Shown here: positions 17,737 to 28,477 of the stretch, in pieces
Layout: each line of letters begins with the position of its first letter
Position numbering within the stretch: the first letter of the stretch is position 1
Source: Gammaproteobacteria bacterium
Lineage (GTDB): Bacteria; Pseudomonadota; Gammaproteobacteria; Ga0077536
Assembly (NCBI GenBank): GCA_963662545.2
Contig: CAXXLL010000003.1
Coordinates: 1,632,001-1,696,000, forward strand
Length of the DNA: 64,000 nt
Reading direction: 5' to 3'
The notes under the pieces: model-generated
Database searches by the model: none
Seen by the model: the letters and a program-made list of their open reading frames with translations, nothing else
What the model was told of the DNA's origin: nothing
Program-made: the position numbers and the translations under genes

Positions 17737-20426
17737 TGGGCTTCGTCCCAATTCCGCCCGTGGCCGATATCTACAACTAGAGGTACCGATAAATTGGCTG
17801 CATCCGACATCAAGCGCACGATTTCTGGAGCTAGCTGTTCGACGTGCTCGCAGGCAACTTCGATAACGAGTTCATCATGCACCTGCATAATGAGATCCGT
17901 CGGCGTTCCGGATTGGCGAATCCAACCGTCCACGGCGATCATCGCGCGCTTGATGATGTCGGCGGCGGTACCTTGCATCGGTGCGTTGATTGCTGTGCGT
18001 TCGGCATACTGCCGACGTTGAGCGTTTCGGGCATTGATTTCGGGTAAGTACAAACGACGGCCGAATACGGTCTCGACAAAACCCTTTTCTCGCGCGGTTT
18101 CCCGGATTTTATCCATATAGGTTCGCACCCCTGGGTACCGATTGAAGTAGCGATCGATGTACTCCTGAGCCGCCCCGCGATCGATCCCCAGCTGACGCGC
18201 CAGGCCGAAGGCGGACATGCCGTAGATCAATCCGAAATTAATGGCTTTTGCTGCGCGCCGCTGATCGTCCGATACTTCGTTCATGGGCATACCGAACACT
18301 TCCGCCGCAGTGGCTCGATGTACGTCGAGTTTATCCTCGAACGCCGACTTCAGCCCTTCGTCCTTTGAGAGATGCGCCATGATTCGAAGTTCGACCTGAG
18401 AATAATCCGCTGCTAGTAGTACTTTTCCCTCGGGCGCTACGAATGCCTGGCGGATGCGGCGACCCTCGGAACTTCGAATCGGGATGTTCTGCAGATTGGG
18501 ATCCGAGGAAGAAAGACGTCCAGTCGCAGCTACCGCTTGATGATAGCTCGTATGCACCCGCCCGGTTTCGGAATTAATTTGCTGTGGAAGCTTATCCGTA
18601 TAAGTCGATTTCAGCTTGCTAAGCGCTCGATGTTCGAGAATGAGTTTCGGCAGCGGGTAGTCGTTCGCCAGTTCCTGCAATACCGACTCGGCCGTCGACG
18701 GCTGACCTTTTGGCGTCTTGCTTAAAACCGGTAACCCGAGTTTGGTGAAAAGAATATTCTGAATCTGCTTCGGCGAACCGATATTGAAGACTTCGCCGGC
18801 TTCATCGTGGGCCTGCGATTCGATTTCCTGCATCCTCTCGTATAACTCGGCGCTCTGCTCCAACAGCATACTGGCTTCGATCAGAACACCGCACCGCTCC
18901 ATGTCGGCCAGCACCGGCACCAACGGCATTTCGATGTCGAGCAAGATGGCATGAAGCCCCTTTTCTTTTTGAATATCCGGGTAGAGTTTATCGTGCAGCC
19001 GCAGGCAGATATCTGCATCCTCCGCAGCATACGGCCCGGCCTGATCGAGCGCGACCTCCTCGAAGCCAATTTGCTTTGCGCCTTTTCCGGTAACGTCCTC
19101 GTAATGAATCGTGTGATGGTTAATGTACTTCAGTGCGACGGAATCCATATCGTGGCGTGACGCCGTACTATTGAGTACATAAGACTCGAGCATCGTGTCA
19201 TATGCAATTCCACGAAGATCGATTTCGTGATTGCGTAATACGTTTCGGTCATATTTCAAATTGTGGCCGAGCTTTAATTTAGCTTCGTCCTCAAGCATCG
19301 GCTTCAGCTTGGACAAAACCTCGTTGGTGTCGAGCTGCTGGGGCGCGCCCGGATACCGATGGCCAAGCGGCACATAAGCCGCGCGCCCGGGCTCGCAGGC
19401 AAACGAAACCCCAACGAGGCGTGCGATCATGTAGTCGAGACTTGTGGTCTCTGTATCGAATGCGAAAAGCTCGGCGGCATTGAGTTCTTCGAGCCAGGCA
19501 TCGAAGCGATTCATTTCGAGAATGATCTCGTAATCGTAGTCGTCACCGATCGCGGGCCCCGGAACGGGATCGGCATTTGTAGAGAACTCCTTGAGCCAGG
19601 TATTGAACTCGAAATTCTCGTAAAGCTCGATCAACCGAGCGGCGTTTTTGTCGTTCGGTACCAGTTCATCCAGATCCACGCCCGTGTCGATGTCCGTCAT
19701 GATAGTCACGAGGCGGCGGGTCAAAGGAATCTGTTCGAGGAAAGCGCGCAGATTTTCGCCAACCTTGCCTTTGATGTCTTCGGCGTGCGTAACCACCCCC
19801 GCCAGGCTGCCATATTCGTTCAGCCATTTGACGGCGGTTTTTGGGCCGACCTTCGGCACACCGGGAATGTTATCTACGCTGTCTCCGACCAAAGTGAGGT
19901 AATCAACGATCAAATCGGGTTTTACGCCAAATTTGTTTTGCACGCCTTCTACATCCAGTACCGAGTCATCCATGGTGTTGATGAGGCGAATCCGCGCGTT
20001 GACGAGCTGGGTCAGGTCTTTGTCACCGGTCGAGATCACGACGTCGATTCCCGCTTCTTCTGCTTTCCTGGCGAGTGTGCCGATGACATCGTCCGCCTCA
20101 ACGCCGGACACCTGTACAAGCGGATATCCCAGCGCTTTGATCATTTCGTGAAGCGGTTCGATCTGGACGGCGAGGTCCTCTGGCATGGACGGTCGATTCG
20201 CCTTGTATTCCGGGTACCATTCGTCGCGCAGGGTCGGTCCGCGCGGATCGAAAACGACCGCGAAAAAATCGGACTCATAGGCATTTCGCAGCCGCTTTAA
20301 CATCGCGATTACACCGTGGATGGCGCCCGTCGGATGGTTTGCGGAATTTCGTAAATCCGGCAGCGCATGATAGGCGCGAAAAAGGTAGGAGGATCCGTCG
20401 ACGAGGACTAGTAATGGGTCTGGCAT
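17733..20426 (-). CDS. polA: DNA polymerase I
   Basis: LVDGSSYLFRAYHA 5'-nuclease, FDTET 3'-5' exonuclease, ADYSQVELR, KAINFGLIYG, QVHDEL. Confidence 0.98.
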   Translation of the reverse strand: MPDPLLVLVDGSSYLFRAYHALPDLRNSANHPTGAIHGVIAMLKRLRNAYESDFFAVVFDPRGPTLRDEWYPEYKANRPSMPEDLAVQIEPLHEMIKALGYPLVQVSGVEADDVIGTLARKAEEAGIDVVISTGDKDLTQLVNARIRLINTMDDSVLDVEGVQNKFGVKPDLIVDYLTLVGDSVDNIPGVPKVGPKTAVKWLNEYGSLAGVVTHAEDIKGKVGENLRAFLEQIPLTRRLVTIMTDIDTGVDLDELVPNDKNAARLIELYENFEFNTWLKEFSTNADPVPGPAIGDDYDYEIILEMNRFDAWLEELNAAELFAFDTETTSLDYMIARLVGVSFACEPGRAAYVPLGHRYPGAPQQLDTNEVLSKLKPMLEDEAKLKLGHNLKYDRNVLRNHEIDLRGIAYDTMLESYVLNSTASRHDMDSVALKYINHHTIHYEDVTGKGAKQIGFEEVALDQAGPYAAEDADICLRLHDKLYPDIQKEKGLHAILLDIEMPLVPVLADMERCGVLIEASMLLEQSAELYERMQEIESQAHDEAGEVFNIGSPKQIQNILFTKLGLPVLSKTPKGQPSTAESVLQELANDYPLPKLILEHRALSKLKSTYTDKLPQQINSETGRVHTSYHQAVAATGRLSSSDPNLQNIPIRSSEGRRIRQAFVAPEGKVLLAADYSQVELRIMAHLSKDEGLKSAFEDKLDVHRATAAEVFGMPMNEVSDDQRRAAKAINFGLIYGMSAFGLARQLGIDRGAAQEYIDRYFNRYPGVRTYMDKIRETAREKGFVETVFGRRLYLPEINARNAQRRQYAERTAINAPMQGTAADIIKRAMIAVDGWIRQSGTPTDLIMQVHDELVIEVACEHVEQLAPEIVRLMSDAANLSVPLVVDIGHGRNWDEAH

Positions 20427-20567
20427 GGGAGTCGGCGCCTCTGGCAAGCCGGGATCCGCACCTCGGGAGACGCCCGCGAGATCCCAATTCGGCGCAACAA
20501 TTGCGCCGATAGGTGATATTCTATCGGCTCTTCAGAACCACCGCTCAATGTCCACTAGGTTAATCCC

Positions 20568-20924
20568 ATGAGAGCAAGCCTTTCGTATCTTGTCCTCGCG
20601 CTGTTGTCTGTCGGAGCGGATCTCGGCGCGACGGATCAAGATCTTGGAACCGTCGTCGTTGTTCCGCCACCGCCGCCAATGGGAGAGCCCATCGATCCGG
20701 CCGAGGGGGAAGGCCTCGAACCCGAGGTCACGATCATTCAGAAACGGGACGCGATACACGAGGAATATCGGCTAAACGGACGCCTTTATATGATTAAGGT
20801 GACTCCTGCCATAGGGCCGCCCTATTACTATGTGGATCGCGATGGTGATGGGCTGATGGAAACGCGCATGAATGACCGGGCCTGGGAAGTCAAAATTCCA
20901 CAATGGGTCATCTTCAGCTGGTAG
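20568..20924 (+). CDS. DUF2782-like exported protein
   Basis: Signal peptide, EPEVTI, EEYRLNGRLYMIKVTP..GPPYY, PQWVIFSW; typical position between polA and thrB. Confidence 0.8.
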   Translation: MRASLSYLVLALLSVGADLGATDQDLGTVVVVPPPPPMGEPIDPAEGEGLEPEVTIIQKRDAIHEEYRLNGRLYMIKVTPAIGPPYYYVDRDGDGLMETRMNDRAWEVKIPQWVIFSW

Positions 20925-20979
20925 TGAACGCCTCAAACCAGGATTGATCGAGTAACAGGTGCGGAAAGCGTAACAACGC

Positions 20980-21930
20980 GTGTCCGTTTATACCGTCATC
21001 GAGCGCGGAGAGCTCGAATTGTTCCTCAAATCCTTTCGGGTAGGGAACCTGGAGGATTACGAAGGCATTGTCGCCGGTATCGAAAATACGAATTATTTCG
21101 TCACGACGGCAACCGGCCAATTCGTTCTGACGATTTTCGAAATCACACCGCAATCAGAACTTCCGTATTTTCTTAAGCTAATGGCCCATCTTGCTGAGCG
21201 CGGGATCGTAAGCGCGCATCCGATCGCCGACGAAAACGGCGAGTATCTACAACAAATCAGGGATAAACCGGCGGCGCTGGTACGGCGGCTCAGAGGCGCA
21301 AGCGTCCCCAATCCGAGTCCACGGCATTGTTCCGCGATCGGCGCCGAAATGGCGGCATTGCACCTCGCCGGCCAAGGATTTTCTGGACGACGGGTAAATG
21401 ACAGGGGTCTCGAGTGGCAGGCTGAAACGGCCGAGCGCATTCTGCCGCACCTTTCCTCGGCGGATCGGAGCCTGCTGCGAATGACCCTGTCCGAGCTGGA
21501 AAATTTCGATTCAAGTGCACTTCCACACGGGGTCATACACGCCGATCTGTTTCGCGACAATGCCTTGTTCGTCGGCGACGAACTGACCGGGATCGTCGAT
21601 TTCTATTACGCGCATAACAGTTTCCTGATTTACGACCTGGCCGTCACCATTGCGGATTGGTGCTTCGACGGGCGTGGCGGTTTTAACGACTCCACAGCTC
21701 GCGAACTCGTCCGCGCCTACGATCGGATTCGACCGATCGCAAACGCCGAGCGCGCTTCATGGCCGTATTTCGTCCGAACCGCGGGGCTGAGGTTCTGGCT
21801 GTCCCGCCTCAATGACAAGTTTTTCCCGCGCGTCGGCAACCTGACGCATACCAAGAATCCCGAACCCTTCAGACAGGTATTGATGGCGGGCCAGGATCAG
21901 ACCTCCCTGCTCAACGCCTTGCTGCAATAA
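20980..21930 (+). CDS. thrB: Homoserine kinase, type II
   Basis: MSVYT, GIENTNYF, IHADLFRDN, LRFWLSRL. Confidence 0.93.
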   Translation: MSVYTVIERGELELFLKSFRVGNLEDYEGIVAGIENTNYFVTTATGQFVLTIFEITPQSELPYFLKLMAHLAERGIVSAHPIADENGEYLQQIRDKPAALVRRLRGASVPNPSPRHCSAIGAEMAALHLAGQGFSGRRVNDRGLEWQAETAERILPHLSSADRSLLRMTLSELENFDSSALPHGVIHADLFRDNALFVGDELTGIVDFYYAHNSFLIYDLAVTIADWCFDGRGGFNDSTARELVRAYDRIRPIANAERASWPYFVRTAGLRFWLSRLNDKFFPRVGNLTHTKNPEPFRQVLMAGQDQTSLLNALLQ

Positions 21931-21959
21931 AAAAGGCCCTCCGATCGGAGGGCCTTTAA
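21929..21959. terminator. Probable bidirectional intrinsic terminator between convergent thrB and the ompA-like gene
   Basis: AAAGGCCCTCC-GATC-GGAGGGCCTTT stem with flanking A/T runs. Confidence 0.75.
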
Positions 21960-21984
21960 ACCTCAAGCGCTGTGGTTCGGGTCG

Positions 21985-22674
21985 CTAGTTCTTAGTCACG
22001 ACCAGATCCACGCGTCGATTCTTGTACATGTTCTCCGGCGTGTCGTTTGGCGCCACAGGCGCGGCTTCACCGTAACCAATCGCCGAGAGACGATCCGCGT
22101 TGATGCCCTTACCGACGAGGTAGTCGACGACCGCATTTGCGCGTTTTTCGGACAGCTTTTTATTGAACGCAGCACTGCCGCGGCTGTCGGTGTGTCCCTC
22201 GACGCGTACATGTACGGATGCGTTGTCATTCAGTACCTTGACGGCTTTTCCCAGAATGGCTTCAGACCCAGACATGATGCGCGCACTGTTGGTGTCGAAA
22301 TTGACCCCTTCCAGTGTCATCAGCTTGACGCCGACTTCCGGAACCGGTTTCGGCATCTCCTTCGGCGGAGCCATCTTCGGCTTCGGCTTGGGCTTCGCTG
22401 CCATCTTCGGCGCCGGTTTCGGCTTCGGCGGAGGCGACTTATCCATACAAAAGAAATGACCGAGTGCGGCACCGAGGACAGCGCCTCCAGCCAGTGCGGC
22501 ACCATCATCCGTATTAAGGCCACCCGCGACTACGCCAGCGCCTAAAGTGGCACCGAGAAGTGGGCAGAAAATGGTTGTCGGTTTGATATTCTGATTGGCG
22601 CAGCCTGCTGTGAGCGCGCTCATCACCAAGATCAATCCAAGTCTCTTAATGTTATTCATTGCCGGTGTCCCCAA
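21985..22674 (-). CDS. OmpA-family peptidoglycan-binding lipoprotein
   Basis: Lipobox LTAGC, glycine zipper, Pro/Lys linker, GHTDSRG...NKKLSEKRA, NRRVD. Confidence 0.9.
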   Translation of the reverse strand: MGTPAMNNIKRLGLILVMSALTAGCANQNIKPTTIFCPLLGATLGAGVVAGGLNTDDGAALAGGAVLGAALGHFFCMDKSPPPKPKPAPKMAAKPKPKPKMAPPKEMPKPVPEVGVKLMTLEGVNFDTNSARIMSGSEAILGKAVKVLNDNASVHVRVEGHTDSRGSAAFNKKLSEKRANAVVDYLVGKGINADRLSAIGYGEAAPVAPNDTPENMYKNRRVDLVVTKN

Positions 22675-22962
22675 TTACTTCGTGCTGGTGCTGCAGTCCA
22701 CGTAATTAGATGGATTCAGTTACACCAAATTCGCGGTCAAGCGTGCGCAATCAACGTTGGCTTGCAGAAAAAAACAAGTGCTGCGCCGGCTACGACTACG
22801 ACACCGGCCACCATCTGGCCGCCGGTTTTTATGTCATAACGTGTTTTATTTTTGTTGCGCAATTACAACGGTTTAACAACAACACCGATCATACCATAAA
22901 TTTTGCCCGTTCCCAGCGACCGGCCGCCAGCGTCCCCGTGAAGCCGCTAAAGGTGGCCGAAT

Positions 22963-24315
22963 CTATACGAGGAAGATCGATGCGAGGCCAAGAAAGGCGA
23001 AGAATCCCACCACATCTGTAATTGTTGTCAAAAGGACACCCCCCGCGAGTGCGGGATCGATATCAAAGCGGTTCAAAGCCAAGGGGATTGCGGCACCCGC
23101 ACACGCCGCTGTCAACAGATTGAATACCATTGCGCAGCCGATTACGACGCCTAGCTCAAGATTGCTGAACCAGGCTGCCGCGATGACGGCCACCACCACA
23201 GCCCAGAGAATGCCGTTCAGAAGGCCGACGGTGATTTCGCGGTACACCACGGAGCGAGCGTTTGCTGCGCCTACGTGCCGGAGCGCAAGTCCACGGGTCA
23301 TTATCGTCAGGGTCTGAGTGCCCGCGATACCGCCCATGCTGGCAACGACCGGCATCAGTACGGCAAGCGCGACGAGCTGTTCGATGGTCGCCTCGAAAAG
23401 GCCAATCACCCAGGCCGCGAGGAAGGCGGTCGCCAGGTTGACGGCAAGCCACACCATGCGGCGCCGCGTGGTTGACCAGATTGGAGCAAAAATATCATAT
23501 TCCTCGTCGAGGCCCGCGGCAGACATGAGCGATCGTTCGTTTTCTTCCCGTATAACGTCGACCACGTCGTCAACCGTAATTCGGCCCAGCAATTTCCCGT
23601 CGTCGTCGATGACCGGCGCCGACAACAGATCGCGCTGTTCGAATAAAACCGCGACCTCTCGGGCATCCAGTTGCGCCCGAATGCCACTTTCACCCGTCAG
23701 CATGATCTCGCCGACTTTGGACTCGGGATCCGCCGTTACAAGATCGGACAGGGGCAGCCAGCCGAGGTAGACATTGGCACGATCGACCACCATCAGGCGG
23801 TCTGTATTGTCAGGCAACTCCGGCAGCAGTCTCAAGTATCGCAAAACGACGTCTATGTCGACGTCCGAACGAACCGCGATTGCGTCGACGTTCATCAGGC
23901 CGCCGGCCGTATCCTCCTCGTAGACGAGGGCCGCCGCGACGCGCTCACGGTTCTGTTCATCCATGGAACGCAGGACTTCGCCCGCAACGCGTTCCGGCAG
24001 ATCCTGGAGGATGTCCGCGACGTCATCGGTATCGAGTCCTTCGGTCGCCGCCGCGACCTCCTCGGGCGCCATGTGTTCCAGCAGACCGGTTCGCACAGCC
24101 GTACTGGCATGGGATAAAACTTCGCCCTCGGAATCCTCTGTGATATGGACCCACAGTTCGTCGCGTGTGTCCGGGGGCAAAGCCTCGAGAAGATCCGCGA
24201 CCTCGGAGGGATGCAGGGCCTGCATGATTTCCCGTACAAGCAGCAGATCGTTGGCCTTAAGGGCGTCCTGGACCGCCTGTAGGAGTTCCTGATTGCGATT
24301 GCTGTGATCGGCCAT
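22963..24315 (-). CDS. mgtE: Magnesium transporter MgtE
   Basis: N domain plus CBS pair, MPVVASMGGIAGTQ, IDPALAG, TTITDV. Confidence 0.95.
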   Translation of the reverse strand: MADHSNRNQELLQAVQDALKANDLLLVREIMQALHPSEVADLLEALPPDTRDELWVHITEDSEGEVLSHASTAVRTGLLEHMAPEEVAAATEGLDTDDVADILQDLPERVAGEVLRSMDEQNRERVAAALVYEEDTAGGLMNVDAIAVRSDVDIDVVLRYLRLLPELPDNTDRLMVVDRANVYLGWLPLSDLVTADPESKVGEIMLTGESGIRAQLDAREVAVLFEQRDLLSAPVIDDDGKLLGRITVDDVVDVIREENERSLMSAAGLDEEYDIFAPIWSTTRRRMVWLAVNLATAFLAAWVIGLFEATIEQLVALAVLMPVVASMGGIAGTQTLTIMTRGLALRHVGAANARSVVYREITVGLLNGILWAVVVAVIAAAWFSNLELGVVIGCAMVFNLLTAACAGAAIPLALNRFDIDPALAGGVLLTTITDVVGFFAFLGLASIFLV

Positions 24316-24408
24316 GCGTCTTCTGCCGTGCTTGCACCTACTACGTTCGACGCACGATTTGCGCCCCGATATCCCGGCGTACAGTTTAACAACTGAGCGG
24401 TTGCTCAG

Positions 24409-26166
24409 TCAGGTGGGAAGCAGGTTCGACGGTGCAACGAGCAACGCAAGCAGTTCCTTGCGTCGGGCCGGCGCCGTCGTACGCAGTAATTTCTGAACGA
24501 GTACCTTTGCCTCCCGTGCTGATGTGCTCTTTAGGATGTGCTTGATTTCTAGCAGAGCGGTCGGGGGAACGCTGAACTCTTCGAGTCCGAGCCCGAGTAG
24601 CAGACGCGTATATCGCGTGTCACCGGCCATTTCTCCACACATAGCGACCGGAATTCCAACCTTTCGCCCAGCTGCAATCGATGTTGCGATCAATCGCAGC
24701 ACGCCCAGATTGAGGGGATTGTATAGATAGCTGACTTCGTCGTTGACCCGATCAATCGCGACGGCGTACTGGATCAAGTCGTTCGTCCCAATCGACAGAA
24801 AATCCAGTTCTCGGGCGAAATCCTCTGCGCAAATCGCGGCCGCCGGCACCTCGATCATGCCTCCGATAGGCATTTTTTCATCAAAGGCGATACCACGGCG
24901 CGAAAATTCATTGCGAATAGTTCCTACGATATCCATGACCTGGTGAACTTCGTCGATTTCGGAAAGCATCGGAATCATCATGCGCACCGGCCCGTAGGCG
25001 GAAGCACGAATGATGGCTCGCAACTGCGGCCAAAAGAGAGACGGTTCCCGAAGGCAAAGGCGAACTGCCCGCAAACCCAAGGCCGGGTTCGCCGCTGGTG
25101 GGCCACTCGCGGCCGATGCGTCCACGGGTTTATCTCCGCCTATGTCGACGGTACGAATCGTAATCGGAATGTTGTCGAGCGCGTCGATCATCTGTCGATA
25201 AGTATTGAAATGTTCGTCCTCGTCGGGGTAACCGGAACGGTTCATGAACAGGAATTCAGTCCGGTACAGTCCGACACCATCAGCCCCGGCATCGTGCACA
25301 CTTTCACATTCCTCGGGCAATTCAACGTTGGCGTGAAGGCGAATCGCCTGCCCGTCGGAGGTCACCGCCGCTTCACCCCTAAAAATTTGGAGACTTGCAA
25401 GGTATTTACGCCGGCTATTTTGACGCTCGCGGTATTGCTCGAGGATCTTCGGATCGGCGCCTCCGATCACGACGCCGTCATCACCATCGACGATGAGCAG
25501 TTCGTTCTCGACCACGTAGCGACGCGCATGATGCAGGCCAACGACGCCAGGAATGCCCAAACTGCGGGCGAGTATTGACATATGCGAAGTGGGGCCGCCG
25601 TATTCGGTTACAAAGCCGGCGACACCATGATGCTGTAGCAGGATCAGATCCGCTGGATTCAAATCGTCCACCAACACGATCATGTCCTTCAGCCTTCTGT
25701 CCGGAACCTCATGCCCCAATGGAGCTTGTCGGAGCAGATTGCGCAGTACGCGATCGACGACATGATCGACGTCGTCTTTGCGCGTACGAAGATATGAATC
25801 ATCCATTTCATCGAACACCGCCACCAGCGCGTCCCGCTGCAGTCTGACGGCCCATTCGGCGTTGCAAAGCCTTTTCCGAATGATGCGCGCGGGCTCATCA
25901 GTGAACGCGGCGTCGTCGAGCATGAGCAAATGCGTATCGATAAAGGTCGAGATATCGGTGGAGGTCGAAGCCGGAATGTGATCCCGGATTTCACGAAGAT
26001 GGTGTTTCGCCTGCGCTACGGCACTCAGAAGTCTTTCTACCTCGGCATCGACCTCGGACGCTTCCAACTCGTATTCCGATATTTCCAGCCGGTTGCGTTC
26101 AACGATATGGACTCGCCCGATGGCGATGCCCCGGGACACCCCGACACCGTGCAGAGAGAAAGTCAC
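24409..26166 (-). CDS. ptsI: PEP-protein phosphotransferase (Enzyme I, no GAF domain)
   Basis: GGPTSHMSILAR phospho-His, GLYRTEF, SIGTNDL, MCGEMAG. Confidence 0.92.
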   Translation of the reverse strand: MTFSLHGVGVSRGIAIGRVHIVERNRLEISEYELEASEVDAEVERLLSAVAQAKHHLREIRDHIPASTSTDISTFIDTHLLMLDDAAFTDEPARIIRKRLCNAEWAVRLQRDALVAVFDEMDDSYLRTRKDDVDHVVDRVLRNLLRQAPLGHEVPDRRLKDMIVLVDDLNPADLILLQHHGVAGFVTEYGGPTSHMSILARSLGIPGVVGLHHARRYVVENELLIVDGDDGVVIGGADPKILEQYRERQNSRRKYLASLQIFRGEAAVTSDGQAIRLHANVELPEECESVHDAGADGVGLYRTEFLFMNRSGYPDEDEHFNTYRQMIDALDNIPITIRTVDIGGDKPVDASAASGPPAANPALGLRAVRLCLREPSLFWPQLRAIIRASAYGPVRMMIPMLSEIDEVHQVMDIVGTIRNEFSRRGIAFDEKMPIGGMIEVPAAAICAEDFARELDFLSIGTNDLIQYAVAIDRVNDEVSYLYNPLNLGVLRLIATSIAAGRKVGIPVAMCGEMAGDTRYTRLLLGLGLEEFSVPPTALLEIKHILKSTSAREAKVLVQKLLRTTAPARRKELLALLVAPSNLLPT

Positions 26167-26432
26167 CCGGGCTCCCCAAACCGGCCGGTGACCAGTGATT
26201 CCAGACTCGCCAGAGCTTCATCAGCGTCTTCACCTTCAGTGCGGATCTCGATTTCAGCACCCTGCGCAGCGGCCAGCATCATGACACCCATGATGCTTTT
26301 GCCGTTCACCGCCTTGCCATCCTTCATCACCGAGACCTCGCTCGCAAAGCGCGACGCCATTTGTACAAATTTCGCTGCCGCGCGGGCATGCAAGCCGAGC
26401 CTGTTATTAATCATTAACATTGAACTCGGCAC
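26163..26432 (-). CDS. ptsH: HPr-family phosphocarrier
   Basis: GLHARAA, GKSIMGVM. Confidence 0.88.
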   Translation of the reverse strand: MPSSMLMINNRLGLHARAAAKFVQMASRFASEVSVMKDGKAVNGKSIMGVMMLAAAQGAEIEIRTEGEDADEALASLESLVTGRFGEPG

Positions 26433-26435
26433 GGG

Positions 26436-27320
26436 CTATGGATCGGGGCCTGTGAATCGCGCGTCGCGGTGGCTGACCGCGGCTTTTTTCCCGGCCGCTT
26501 CGAATCGTTTCGCAATCTTCTCCGCCATATACACCGACCGATGGCGCCCTCCGGTACAACCGAAGGCAACGGTGAGATAGCTGCGGTTTCCTTCCTCAAA
26601 CCGCGAAATCCAGGTCTCGAGGAAAGAAGTAATATCAGCGACCATCTCCGAGACCATTGGCGCACCGTCTAAAAATTCGCGCACCTGCGGATCTGCTCCG
26701 CTCAAATCACGCAGGGCCGGATCCCAATAGGGATTCGGGAGGCAACGTAGATCGAACACGAAATCGGTGTCCCTTGGCACACCATTCTTAAAACCGAAAG
26801 AGCGAAATTCCAATGCCAAGGCCCCGGCGGATCTGTGTGTGATCTGGTCGCGGATTAATGTGCGGAATTCATGAACGTTGGTATGAGTCGTATCAATACG
26901 CACGTCCGCACGCATGATGACCGGATCGAGAATGGCGCGTTCACGACTGATGGCATTCGCCAATGAATAATTTTCCGAAGACAACGGATGTTTGCGTCTG
27001 GTTTCACTAAATCGCTGTAGCAGCGTCTCGTCACTCGCGTCGACAAATAATAATTCCACTACGAAACTCTGCGCCTGCAAGGCGTCTAGCTTCGCAGGCA
27101 AGTTTGAAATTTCGTCAGGGTGATTTCGCACGTCGATCCCGACGGCGACATTATGGAAATGAGGCAGATCTTGCTCGGCCGTATAGGCTACAAAGCTCGA
27201 AAGAATCCCGATGGGCAAATTGTCCACGCAGTAATATCCGGCATCCTCCAGGGCATGCAGAGCGATGGTTTTGCCGGCTCCGGAAAGACCGGAAATAATT
27301 AGCAGCCGCCGTCCACTCAT
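26436..27320 (-). CDS. rapZ: RNase adapter RapZ / P-loop protein
   Basis: SGLSGAGKT, FSETRRKHPL, RCLPNPYW, GCTGGRHRS. Confidence 0.94.
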   Translation of the reverse strand: MSGRRLLIISGLSGAGKTIALHALEDAGYYCVDNLPIGILSSFVAYTAEQDLPHFHNVAVGIDVRNHPDEISNLPAKLDALQAQSFVVELLFVDASDETLLQRFSETRRKHPLSSENYSLANAISRERAILDPVIMRADVRIDTTHTNVHEFRTLIRDQITHRSAGALALEFRSFGFKNGVPRDTDFVFDLRCLPNPYWDPALRDLSGADPQVREFLDGAPMVSEMVADITSFLETWISRFEEGNRSYLTVAFGCTGGRHRSVYMAEKIAKRFEAAGKKAAVSHRDARFTGPDP

Positions 27321-27343
27321 CAGAACCTATGCTCTGACCGACG

Positions 27344-27808
27344 TCATGAGCTCGAACTCTCGGCGATTGTCAGGTGCTCGTATACATCGGTAGGGGATGA
27401 GATCGCTCGCAAAGACTCGACGAAAACCCGATCGCTAAAGTTCCCGGCCAGCGCCGAAAGCAAAGCAAGATGTTCATCCGTCGCATCTTCAGGAACGCAT
27501 AGTGCGAAGAAAATATCCACGGGCGCGTTATCGACGGCATCAAAGTCGATGGGATGACCGGTCCGTAGAAACGCGCCAACGGATTTTCCATTACATTCGA
27601 CCCGTCCGTGCGGGATGGCGATACCATTGCCCAAGCCCGTCGTTCCCAGGCGCTCGCGCGCAAGCAGGCTGTCGAACACCAATTTGGAATTTAATAACGG
27701 ATCCGCACTCGACAACATTTCAGCGAGTTTTTCCAGAACGCTCTTCCTGCTTGCGAGATTCGCACCGACCACAATGCGGGCGGGATCGAGTATGTCCGCT
27801 ATTTTCAT
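27344..27808 (-). CDS. ptsN: PTS EIIA(Ntr)-like protein
   Basis: RERLGTTGLGNGIAIPHGR, FDAVDNAPVD. Confidence 0.9.
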   Translation of the reverse strand: MKIADILDPARIVVGANLASRKSVLEKLAEMLSSADPLLNSKLVFDSLLARERLGTTGLGNGIAIPHGRVECNGKSVGAFLRTGHPIDFDAVDNAPVDIFFALCVPEDATDEHLALLSALAGNFSDRVFVESLRAISSPTDVYEHLTIAESSSS

Positions 27809-27883
27809 TTCAATTCGCTGCCGAAATCTCTTCCTGCTAGCGGCCTGTAGAAATCACCATGAATATAGGCCTCGATTCCATAA

Positions 27884-28045
27884 GGAACCTCTGAATAAGT
27901 CATGGTGCGTCTGTATTGTTCATGAAATGGTGCAGATCAAGGCACGAATCGCAGGCCATAGCGGGGACTAGGGCTAAGGTTCGTAACGTAAGGCTCCGCG
28001 ATTTCATGGGCAAGGCAGATGGGCCATGACTTATTCAGAGGTTCC
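27884..28045. mobile_element. MITE family A, copy 3 (162 bp, opposite orientation to copies 1 and 2) between hpf and ptsN
   Basis: Perfect 22-bp TIR GGAACCTCTGAATAAGTCATGG; flanks ATAA and CTAA. Confidence 0.88.
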
Positions 28046-28079
28046 CTAAGTCTCACAGACGGCTGGCCGTAATCCTTAT

Positions 28080-28373
28080 TCAGGCGCGATGGTTTGTCAT
28101 CTTCTCTTTATGTTTTTTTATTTGTCGATCGAGTTTATCGAGCAACAAATCTATCGCGGCGTACATGTCTTCGTGCTCGCTGCCCGCATGTATGTTGTGC
28201 CCGGTAACGTGTATCGTCGCCTCCGCCTTGTGTCTCTGCTTTTCAACCCCAAGAACGACGTGCACATCCACCACGTGCTCGAAGTGGCGTTCGATTCGTG
28301 TCATTTTGCTTTGAATGTATTCCTGCATCGCCGTGGTAAGTTCGACGTGATGCCCATCTATCTTTATCTGCAT
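28080..28373 (-). CDS. hpf: Ribosome hibernation promoting factor
   Basis: MQIKIDGHHVELT, DMYAAID, LDRQIKKHKEK; downstream of rpoN. Confidence 0.93.
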   Translation of the reverse strand: MQIKIDGHHVELTTAMQEYIQSKMTRIERHFEHVVDVHVVLGVEKQRHKAEATIHVTGHNIHAGSEHEDMYAAIDLLLDKLDRQIKKHKEKMTNHRA

Positions 28374-28477
28374 TCGAGTCTCCTGATAATCGAAGCAATG
28401 GCTCGGAATTCATCCGCAATCAAATACGGGGATCCCGTGAAGGGGCCGAATTCGAGACCCGTACGCGACGATTTTCT

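Noticed and set aside
17274-17751. Several 60-133 aa ORFs over the repeat region
   Set aside because: They are translations of the tandem hairpin repeat on both strands, with no protein-like features.
22340-22435. CTTCGG-type short repeats in the ompA-like gene
   Set aside because: They encode an ordinary Pro/Lys linker.
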